NCBI GenBank assembly: GCA_965649765.1
Contig: OZ287749.1
Coordinates: 88,536,001 to 88,600,000 of the forward strand
Source of the DNA: Bispira polyomma
Lineage: Eukaryota
Direction: 5' to 3'
Length of the DNA: 64,000 nt
Shown: positions 46,601 through 58,600 of the stretch, one piece after another
How positions within the stretch are numbered: the stretch's first letter is position 1
Layout: every line of letters starts with the position of its first letter
Made by a program: the position numbers and the translations under genes
Notes under the pieces: model-generated
Databases searched by the model: none
What the model saw: only the letters and a program-made list of their open reading frames with translations
What the model was told of the DNA's origin: nothing

Positions 46601-49600
46601 GTTTATGTTTGAGTGATTTAAAGGTCCAGGCATGTATTTCACCTCTTCTTTTGCCAGAGGCTAAGGCCATCAAAAATACCGTTTTGAAGGTAACAAATTT
46701 CAAGGAAGCCTCTTTAATTGGTTCAAAAGGAGGCTTAGTTAAAGCCAATAATACCAATGATAGATCCCAACTAGGTATACCTCTGTCTTTGGTAGGTTTG
46801 TCCCTATAGAAGCTAGCTAGAAGTCTGTTCAGATCAAGACTTTTTGAGACTTCTAGTCCTGGGGTGCCTAAATGATCTGCAATAGCAGTTCAGTATCCGG
46901 CTATTGTAGCAGGTTTGAGATTTCGTTTCTGAAACAGGAATAGTAAGAAATCTGCTATTTGAGCTATACTAGCTGAGGAGCTGACCACCTTATTCTCTGA
47001 AGACCACTGTTCAAATAAGGCCCACCTTGATTCATACACTCGTCTAGAGGATGGTCTCTGAGGTGCCTTAATTCGTTCTTCCACTGATCTGGAATACTGG
47101 GATTCTGTTGGCATGGAGATTCCAGTATCCAGACATGGAGATTTAGATATGGCAGGTTTTGGTGATATTGGAGGCCAAATGGTTGCTTTAGCAGATGAGG
47201 CCACTGAGGTATTGGTAGTGGTGGTTTTATCGATAGGTCCACTAGATCCCAAAACTATGACATCCCCGGCCAACCTGGAGCCAAGACCATTATTCGACAC
47301 TGGTAAGTTAGACTTTTCTGAACCAGCTTGGGTAAAAGAGGTACTGGACAAAAGGCATAGCCGTCCAGACCCTCCCAGGAGATGTTCAATGCATCTACCT
47401 CCAGGGCATGGGCATCTGGTATTGGGGACACATACAGAGGTAGCTTGTGATTTTTCGATGTGGCAAACAGGTCTACTTGTGGTGTGTATAAGCTTTGACA
47501 TAGGAGCTTGAACATTTTTGGGTGTAAAGACCATTCGGTTTGAATTATTTTGTCTTTCCGAGATAGGCTGTCTGCTATCACATTCAGTGACCCCTGTATA
47601 TGACGGGCTCGAACCCTGATCTTTCTGGGGTTGCAGAAGGCGAGTATCCGCCAAACCATGAGACACATTTCTAGTCATCGAGTGCCGCCTTGTTTGTTCA
47701 GATATGACATGACGGATGAGTTGTCTGAGGCTATTAGAACTTTTTGTTGCCAAACTTGGTTTTGGAAAGTTTTTAGAGCAAGATATACTGCCTTTAGTTC
47801 TAGCAGGTTTATATGTAAGCCTCTTTCTAGACTTGACCAGTGACCACTGGCGGTCAATTCGCCTAGATGTGCCCCCCAACCTGTGTTGGATGCGTCTGTG
47901 AATAGAAGATTGTGCTCTCTTGGATGCAAATCTTCTCCTACCATGACATTCAAGGGGTCTTCCCACCATTGAAGATGGTTCCTTAACTGGGCTGAAACTG
48001 GGATCTGAATGTCCAAAGACTGGGGGTGTTTCCAATGGGATTTCAGGTACCACTGGCAAGGTCTCATATGTAGCCTGCCAAAGGGTACTGTTTTTTCCAT
48101 GCTGGCCATCATGCCTATCAAGGACATTAGTATTCTGGGAGTAATGACCTTGGAGTTTTTGACCTTGTTCACTAGAAGCAAGAGTTTCGACCATTTCTTT
48201 TCGGTTGGTGTGACTAGGCCCGCCTTTAAATCAAAATGGTACCCCAGGAAATCGATCACTTGAGTGGGCTGGAGTTCTGACTTTTTGAAATTGATTAGCC
48301 AGCCCATTTGTTGTACTATTGAAATCATCTTCGGTATCTGTATTCGACTCTTTTTGAGAGATGGGGATCGAATTAACCAGTCGTCTATGTACTGGTGAAT
48401 TCTGATTCCTTGTGATTGGAGTACTAGCTTTGTTTCTTTCACGACCCGTGTAAATTCTAGTGGGGCTGTGGCAATGCCAAACAGAAGCGCCTGGAACTGA
48501 TAAGACTGTTGATCGACATTGAATCGCAGGAATTTTGGAGAATTTGGATGGATCGGTATATGGAAGTAGGCGTCTGTTAGATCTATGGACGCTACCCACT
48601 CCCCCTTCCTCAGTGAACTGCGAATAACCTCTGCCGTCTCCATCTTGAATGTTGGGACATGGAGATTTCTGTTTAAAACACTCAAGTCGATCACTGGCCG
48701 CCATTTTTTCAAAGGTTTGGGTACTAGAAATATTCGGCTGTAAAACCCTAAAGTTGTTGAATGGTTTACCTTGCAAATCGCTCGTTTTTCTAGCATTTGA
48801 GCCACACACTGTTTGAGAAAAGCTTGCTTCTCTTTGTCTTTGTAACCGCTCAAAACATCCGGGTTTCTGGTTAACGACACTCTGATTTCCAGCAATATTT
48901 AGTACCCGTATCTCAAAATTTGCACAACTCGAGGATGGCACTTTAAATTTTCCCATACCTGCCAGTAGTCTGCTAAGCAGCCCCCACCAGATCCTTGATT
49001 GTCATGTACGCCGCCCACTGCCCCTTGCGCCACGTGTGCTGGTGTGACTCTGGTAACTAGTGGACTTCTTGAAATCGCTTCCACAGCCTTTCGACCAGTT
49101 CTGGCTCTGGTTGGGCTTGAATGTAGTATTTTTACTGTGGTAAGTCTGTTGATAATTCTGTTTGTTGTAAGACGACTTGGACTCAGAGTATCTGGGTCTT
49201 TTTGGAGAAGGTTGTTTAAATCTGGCTTTAGCCTGTTTCTTCTCAATGTCATTCAAGGTGGTTGGGTTGAAAAGGTCAGCAGTGAGGAAACCCTTCCTCC
49301 TGAGTCTGTTTGAATCATGTTCATCAAGGGGCGAACAGCATGTCTTTAAAATGGAATCTCTACGAGCTAGTTGTAAGTTGCACGCCAAGGCAATGGAAGT
49401 GTCGACTGTTGTCTCCAGTGCTTTGTCTACTGAACCCAAAATGGCGCCAGCAATTTGAAGGTTATCGCCCACTTTTATAGTACGTCTGGTGGCCTCATCT
49501 TCCTTCACTAAATCCGCCAAGGCTAATACATTTGAGTTAGAATCAGATAGAGTCTTGTCTAACGCCCTTATAAAATGAGATACATAACTCAGTACCTGCA

Positions 49601-52600
49601 CGTTTTCCCTTAAAACCGTTTTCATTTGGGCGACCTGCTTCATTGGAATATGCACATTATAAGGTTGTGAGGTGTTTTTCGCCGTGATGCATTTGAAGGT
49701 GTCCTGACACTTCGGCGCTGTGAGCGAAAATGCATTAGAGGTGGATCGGTAGAACCTCATGGCTGGTGTCGAGTAGTTGATAAAGCTACCTTTGCTGATG
49801 GGCGTAGAATCTAGAACTTCAGTGTTCTTAGGATCGGGACGTCCCGCAGCCAGGTCTTCATAAAATTTCCAACGAGCCACTACCTCGTCAACAGGCGGCA
49901 GAGTAAGGGGAAGTACAGGTTGTTTCTGACTTCTATCTCTGTTTCCAAAGATTTTGGCAGGTTTTGTGGAGGTTTCTGATGACGTCTCTAGCTCCAGCAA
50001 CGATCTCACTGTCCCCAATAGCTGCCTATAAGAGGGGTCCTCCTCTTTGTCTGCCACGTGGTCTTTTCCTTCTACGTCTAGAAGACTGCACCTCTTCTTC
50101 AGACTCATCATTCCTTGAGAAAGTACTGGTTTTTGAGGCTCTGCCTCTACCTTCCACTTTCTCTAAACGTTGAGATAGATGACCTAGCTCAGCTAGAATT
50201 AATTGAAGAGGATCATCTTTCTTCATGGAAGTTGGAGATGCTTCATCCAGAAGCCTATCATCTATGGCATTAGCAGCCGGAAGCTTGTGAAACTTCAATC
50301 TTCTAGCTTGAAGACATCTGGTCTGGTCAGTCGTCATCTGCATACATAAGTAACAATCCTCAGGACTGGAAGAAACACAGACATCAGCACCAAGCCCCTT
50401 GTCCCTGCATGTAAGGCAATGACCATGGTGGGTAAACTTCGTGTCCACACTTCGGGGCAAGCCTCTGACAGGAGACGGAAGAAATCAGTTCGTTTTCCGC
50501 CATACCTCAGTCAAATACTCATAAAAAAATAAAACCCTATCTTAAAAACGGTCAATATGGTAAATTGGCCGAGCAAAATGGAGGTCAGTGTCGTCGGACG
50601 ACCAAAATGAATCTGAGGCGTGGAAGCACTAACAGAAGTGACAACACTTCCTGCGCCTGCGCGGGCCTCGTTGTCGAGAAACAGGTAAAATTAAGAAACA
50701 AGAATAGTCTTTATAAAAAAGACTTTTGGTCAAGCAATTATTCAAGATGAATAAAAGCACTTAGTGAGGATAAGGTAAGGATATTTATTGCAATAAAAAT
50801 AGATATTGTGTTATACCTGTTCGAGACTGTGTTACCTGTTTAGTCAAGCAGTTCTCCACAGATATAAAGTATAACAAGATGTAAGTAACAATTTTAATTT
50901 GTCATGTTAGAATCGTAATAACCCATTCCAAACCAGGCAATTTCCTACCTGTTGGAACCAGTGTTCCTACGCTTCCAATCATGGTAAAATCCTGTATAAC
51001 CATGGTTTGGCATTGGATAGTCCTTAATTTTAGGTGCATACAAAAATAGGAGGTGCAGTGAAACAGTGATCCTAAAAAAATCACATGTGATCAAATCATG
51101 ACTGGAAACTTCATAATATATCACATTAAAACTATGCGAGATCTATCATAATTGACATTTACGGCTTCATAAGCAAAAGCATTTCTCTAGCGAGTGCATA
51201 CAAATACCAACTAAGCTGTGGACAAATATGACCTCGACTAAAGTCACTTTTTACACCAGAAATACAATACCTATAGATCCGCGTGGAGTCTGTGTGTTAC
51301 TGCCTGGCACTGACCCATTGGCGGCCTTTCTGTGTAGTGGACTGGTCAAATCTGCATGGACCGACACTGCGTTCTTGCCTTCTCTATTGTCTGGAGTGGC
51401 TATTGTATGTATACAGAAATAACTTATATTTGTGACCACATAATGTTAGTACACGGGCAGTCACAATACCGGTCAGGTCACAATACCGTCTGTTGCCGTT
51501 TTAAGGACTTTACCAATGGAAATTAATTCTGAAAACACTTGCTACTTCATGTGTATGAATTAAAGTACAGAATACTTGATTTTATTTTAATTAAATCTAC
51601 GTTTTAAGCATTCAAATATGCGTCAAACGGTATTGTGACCCGACCGGTATTGTGACCCGACCGGTATTGTGACCACCCGTGTGGAGCTTTGATCACTGAA
51701 TTCAAATACCCATCAAAATGACCCGGATTTAGAAATGACCCGGATTTAGGATTCTAGTTAATATCATTTTAGCCTCAAATAAGGATACCTTAGAGAAAGT
51801 TTAGGTCTGTGTTAAGTTTAAAAAGATTTTTGGAAAATACAGGCAATGATTTTACATAACATGTAAAATATCATCATTCACCCAAAAGTTTGACACAAAT
51901 GAATATTATTCAGGGTATAAAAAAGTACATACAACTCCCTGACACTACTTGACTACAATAACTACAGGAGACTATCTATTATTTAGGAAGGGTAAAAATC
52001 TGTTAATATACCAGAAGGTAAATAAAATAAGAGAAGTACCTTTGTACAAAGCGGCACGAAAATTTTAATTTGGAATAGTAAAATTGAGGTTAAAAAAATC
52101 AAATATTAGGATAATAGAAGGTTGAACAATACATGTTCTACTATTCTACTTGCTTTCTGCTTTCTTTGTTTTGGCTGGTTTGAACTTAGAAAACCTTTGT
52201 GGATAATTTTAAAGGTACATAAACTTTTAGAGTAAAAATTGCTGAAGGAAGCTAAATTCTCACTTTTAATGACTAAACAGGTATAATTAAGAGTCATTTA
52301 AAGGAGAACAGACTTAATTAAAATCTTCATTATAACATTAAAGATGACAAAACTTGAGTTATTGTTGTTGTTGTTATGTTAGTTACTATATGAGTAGAAG
52401 GTAGCCTACCTTGCTGACTGTGAGATCTGTACACTGCTGGACTAGTTTGACTCGTTCTCCGTAACCGGGAGACCTGCTCCCTCAGAATACTGATCTCATT
52501 CTGAAATAACACCAGGGATTGTTATATACATGAAGAATGTAAGAGAGACCTACTCCCTTAGAATACTGGTCTTATTCTGAAATAACACCAGGGATTGTTA

Positions 52601-55600
52601 TATAGAATGTAAGAGAGACCTGCTCCCTTAGAATACTGATCTAATTCTAAAATAACACCAGGGATTGGTATATAGAATGTAAGAGAGACCTGCTCCCTCA
52701 GAATACTAAACTCATTCTGAAATAACACCAGGGATTGTTATATACATGAAAAATGTAAGAGAGACCTGCTCCCTTAAAATACTGGTCTCATTCTGAAGTA
52801 ACACCACAGTGGATAAAACAAACACTTGTTATTATATACAAACACAGTACACTCTCTGTAACTAGAACCAGTATTAGTCCAGTTTTAAAACAAAAAAAAC
52901 ATTCTGAGAAATGTATAAAATTAAAGATATACATGTAGTAGGAGTTCTTCAAAGTTATGTAAAGAATGAGTTATTTTATATGCAAATTTTACTGCTTTTG
53001 TCACTATGTATAATAATAGTAATAATACCACTGTATATGTCTCTGTGTAACTGTTTTTTTATGTTCTGTCATTGTGAATTGTATTAAAATATCTAATTAA
53101 GAAATAACAAGATAAAAAAAATTTCTTTTTTAAAGTCCAATTTTTCTATAATTAATCCAAATTGTCTGGTCCCAACATTCAAAAACACTATTATAAATAA
53201 AATAAAATCAATAAAAGAAGATAAATAACTTATCCCAACAAAAAGGCAAAATCCCAATAGTTTCAAACACCCATCTCACCTGCTGGGAGTCCAGCTTAGC
53301 CTGAGCTGCCTTTAGCTGATCTTCTGCATGTTTCCAGGCTTTTCTGTGAGAAACTGCAATCTTCTCTGCTCTAAGGCGTACTGGCTCTACCAAACCTTTA
53401 CAGTACAAAGATCACAGAATAAATTAGATTAAAAACCTGCAGTAAATTACATGTACACAAATGTATATTGAATTTTACGGAGGATAACAGGATTTTATAG
53501 GAATTTTAGTAATTTAACAAATTTTATTTGCCTACTCCAGTTCTCACAAGCCTACCTTTTAAGTACAGACAGAAGCTAAAATTAAGTTACTGGAATTTCA
53601 CATTTCAAAAACTGTTCCAAATTAAAGATACTGCTTAAAACAATAAACCTACTTAACGCCACTAAAAAGCCTTTTAACAAGAACAAAATCAAAGCATACA
53701 TGTGAAAATCCAATAAAAGGCACTTTAAAAGGCTTAAATATGAAATGTTTTGCCAAAATAGAATGCACCAAAAATGTTTTGTGGGAAAATACATATATTT
53801 TTGTTCATCTTTTACTTTAAGAAATATGGTTATTGTTTTTAACTAAAATAATGCTGAGGCAGAGATACCAAGGATAACCATCTGACACCAACTCTAAACA
53901 GTTTGAAGTGACACTCTTCTCTAGTAAACTTTGTTACACTACCATATTTATCCATATAAACCCCTTTTTCCTCATAAACGCCACTCCACACTTTCACTTG
54001 TTAACATTTTTCAAAGTTCCTATTTGGATGAAGTTGCAAGACCGTCTCAGACAAATCAATACAGTAATTAAAGTCTCTTGAAGCGCCATAGTCCGAGCAC
54101 AATGAGGTATTCCCCCCTTGTAAAATACATTACCCCCTAAGCCATTTATTCGGCTAAATACAGTAATTCAAGATAAACTTAAAGCACCATAGTCTGAGTA
54201 CAATAAAGTGTCCCCCCTTGTAAAATGCATTGCCACTCAAGGCATTTATTCAGATAACTAAGGTAATTATACTGAGACTTACAATCATAGAGTCTCTTGA
54301 AGTGCCATAGTCCAAGTACAATAAAGTATCTCCCTTGCAAAGTGCATTACCACTTAGGACATTTATTCAGATAACTAAGGTAATTATACTGAGACTTACA
54401 ATCATAGAGTCTCTTGAAGTGCCATAGTCCAAGTACAATAAAGTATCTCCCTTGCAAAATGCATTACCACTTAGGACATTTATTCAGATAACTAAGGTAA
54501 TTATACTGAGACTTACAATCATAGAGTCTCTTGAAGTGCCATAGTCCAAGTACAATAAAGTATCTCCCTTGCAAAGTGCATTACCACTTAGGACATTTAT
54601 TCAGATAACTAAGGTAATTATACTGAGACTTACAATCATAGAGTCTCTTGAAGTGCCATAGTCCAAGTACAATAAAGTATCTCCCTTGCAAAATGCATTA
54701 CCACTTAGGACATTTATTCAGATAACTAAGGTAATTATACTGAGACTTACAATCATAGAGTCTCTTGAAGTGCCATAGTCCAAGTACAATAAAGTATCTC
54801 CCTTGCAAAGTGCATTACCACTTAGGACATTTATTCAGATAACTAAGGTAATTATACTGAGACTTACAATCATAGAGTCTCTTGAAGTGCCATAATCCAA
54901 GTACAATAAAGTATCTCCCTTGCAAAATGCATTACCACTTAGGACATTTATTCAGATAACTAAGGTAATTATACTGAGACTTACAATCATTGTCTTTTGA
55001 AGCACCACAGTCTGAGTACAATAAAGTATCCCCCTTTGTAAAATGCATTACCCCCTATGCCGTTTATTCAGATAACTAAGGTGATTGCAGTAAAACTTAC
55101 AATCATAGAGTCTCTTGAAGCGCCACAGTCTGAGTACAATGAGGTATCCCACACAGTAGGTCACCGTCCTACTTTGGACAGCTCCCGTCAATGCAATGTA
55201 AAGGCTAAATGTGACTAGAACAATGATGCTATCAAATACCTGCAACACACACAGATAGAGGGACATAGCGAGATACATGAGAGGATGGCAAACATTTTCA
55301 TACCAGTAGAATTCGAGAGTTTTTTGTGATTCTGTTTATAAAATGTATTTTATTTTGCACTGTTGGGTAAAGTTGTAAGGTTTATGAAAATTAAAAGTAG
55401 AAACTGAAATTTTGTTAACAATTAGCAAGAAAATGTACTTTAGGGTAAGCTGAAATATCTAGCTACTAGCCAATTGGGGTGACTTTAGAAGTGTAAATGT
55501 AGATTACATCAAAATTGTAACTATTAAGTTAAAAGATATTGAAGCATTATATCAATATATCTTAGCAGCTATTTAAGAATTTATGGTATCTGTAATTTTG

Positions 55601-58600
55601 TATACTATCACTTAATTAAATAGAGTTCACTGAAAACCGCAGTGTGCCAAAACAGTAGTATATAAAATGAAAAATGTACAGTATAACGTATTTTTTTTTC
55701 GAAGTGTAGCCACTGCTAAACCCAATTGTTCTTAAAATTTAGCTTTTGCAACCAGTACAGAAACAGTTCAACCAGGTTTTATTTCCGTTCACTAACATAT
55801 CGTTTTACAATATATTCCTATCTTCTTACAACTTGAACCTGACCTTTTATGTTTTATAGTCATACTGAGACATGTCATCTGTAATTTCAGTGATTAAACA
55901 ATTATATAATGTATTATATCAGTGTTAGTTTCTTGGAATCAATTTTGAGCAAGTTTCACATTATTGAATTTCAAGTTTTGATGTTCTTAAATCACTGTCC
56001 CTAGATATGAAGCAATTATACAGTGGTTTCAGTGTACAAGGTTGACTTTAGTGATACGCATGTCATGGTCTCCTTGAATATCTCCTTTAATATTATCTGG
56101 ATAAAAATTATAATTTTGTTTTATAAAAAAAAAAAAATCCCAATCAATTAGCTGCGAGTCAGTCAATTATCAACCGATTGATCTTAAAATTACCTGGTGT
56201 CTGGACATTTGCATTAGTAATGTTCATGACAAATTTTGTTCAGCTATAAAAATACTTGCCAAGAAAAGTTAATAACAAGCCTGTTATGACCCGCAGGGTC
56301 ATGTGACCTTGAAGCTTCTAAGCCAAAGTTTAAGTCCAAGATTTTGACAAGTTTTTGACAAATTTTCCTAATTCTGGTAAATATATTACTGCCAAAATAA
56401 TTCGGTGGCGAGAAAACCAAACATGAAAACAAATAAACACTATTTTGAAGGGATGCCTAATTAGTTTAGACATGTATTTATGTTAATTTAAGGCACAGAC
56501 AGTATAGCCAATTTAGTGTGCATCGTTCAAGGTATAACAAGTACAAATTTTTAAAAAAAATTATTTGATTTTATGAGTTAGTTTCATGTAGTATGCATAC
56601 ATTTACATAAATTTTAATTTGAGCTTGACATTAAACTATATAATAACAAAGTAAGAAAACAGAAAGTAGGTGCGTTTATTTTTGTACACTGTATAGATCT
56701 TGTCTTTTTTTGTATATTCCTTAATAGAATGTCTTTAAATCAAATTATGGTCACTCTAGATTTATTTCAAAATTGAAAACATGACATCACTAATAAAAAA
56801 AGTTACTATTTTCAGAAAAAAATGTCTATAATTAGAGGTTACATATATTTATTCATAGGCTATAGTAAGAATGGTATATAATAGAAACATACAGCACCCA
56901 CCTGTCCTTTATCATAAATAAAATTGGAACCCTTGGCAAAGATTCTGAGAACAGCCTGTTTAAAAGAATATAAACATGCATCAAATTATTAGATCATTAT
57001 ATGCTGAACATTTAATGCATACAAATGAAAAAGAAGATAGCCTGTCAGATTGAAGATCAGGTTGGCAATCAGTTTACCAATTACAATTTATAAGTCAGGA
57101 ATAAAGTCACACACTAGAAGGGCACTCAGTGGAGTGCATACCTCTGTCTGAAATAAAAATTCTTGGATCCACCTTCTGCCCCAGATCTACTCCAAAATTT
57201 ATTGGATTCTTCCTTTGTCCATTACCCAGCCCTCCACCTTATTACATGTAGATTTGTTCAGTAGTTTTAGTGTAATCCTGGTGACAAACAAACAAACCAA
57301 CAGAACTAAGTAAAAACATAACCTATTATAAATAAAGTCATATTTATGCTTTTTTGATCAGACGACATGCACTTACTAGCCTGTACATTTCACTTTATTA
57401 AGCTCATATTATCACCCATATAGCCTGAAAAAGAAGTAGTTTATACATATACTGGTACACTATTTACTACAATGTATAATGTACACTTTACTTTTCTATA
57501 AACTATATTTAAACCCTACATTTCATGTTATAAAAACTAATAAAAGTGTCATCTATATATCGGTGGTTTACACTTTAATTTTTCTGTTTATCTGCTTAAT
57601 ACCTGTATATTTCTCTATTCTATTTTTATCACTTCTTATTTTACACTGGTATGGGCCTGGAGCCGTTATCACAAAAGGTAAAAAAAAGCTAGTCTTAACT
57701 TAGTCTTAAGCCTAATATTTATATCTAAAATATTAAAGACTGCCGGCTGGTAATCTTAGTGTCAAGTGCAAACTTAACACTAGGTAACGATCCTTTCTTA
57801 CTTTCACTGGGGCTAATACTAAAATTTTAACCTTTTCGGCCAAAATAAAAGACAAAAAAATCTTAAACTTTAGACTTATTCAAGTTCAGACTATGACATT
57901 TTGTGAATAAGGCCCCTGGAGCCCAAAATATAATCTATATGTCTATCTAAACAATAAGAGGTTATATTGTAATTTGTACATAACTTATGAACTAATGGAT
58001 GTGCTGTGTTGCAAACCTGTTATAATTTATGCAAAAACACAATGGGTATGTAATCTAAAAAAAAATACTAAAATTAAATGTAGATTTCATTATTTTACAA
58101 AGGTTCTACTAAATATCATTTTTGACCATGCCAAGACTTTCTGCCATGACACATTTTTTAGATAGTCTACAACTCTCTGTTATACAAGACTATACTTCTT
58201 TTTTCCAAATATTCCACTTGATGAAACAAATTTTACTGTCCAAAATCTCTATATATATTTTGTCATTTGTTTTATACAAAAATATATTTTTATTTTATTA
58301 CGATTCTAATATTTGAACAGATTATAACTCTCCTAAATGTTTTTAGATAATAGAGGTTTTAGGTTGTATTTACCTTCAACATGAACACAGAGAGTAGAAC
58401 AATTTGAGTAATATGCAGTCCATTCTCCACAGCATCTATTGTGGATGAGGTACTATTGTTTTCACTGTCTGACGTCACCTCCAAGCTGATACTATGCTTA
58501 GCATTTTGCTGTTCTGATGGTTCTAGAGTGTAAAATAGATAATCATAATCAACGTAATGTTTTATCATTTAGGTTTACCACCCATTTAATGGTTACTCTA

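Larger units (their letters stand above)
44951..50797 (-). mobile_element. DIRS1-type tyrosine-recombinase retrotransposon, full-length structure, intronic
   Basis: ~190 bp inverted terminal repeats (~44992-45170 vs ~50602-50778), an internal complementary region, and gag, RT-RH-MT and YR frames. Confidence 0.95.

Noticed and set aside
46447-50173. Plus-strand ORFs within the DIRS element
   Set aside because: Antisense shadows of the gag, pol and YR frames with no motifs.
50817-50995. Possible extra exons of the Hv-like gene (GFYHDWKRRNTGSN)
   Set aside because: The candidate ends in phase 2 with no compatible partner found, whereas 51271 joins 43185 in frame directly.
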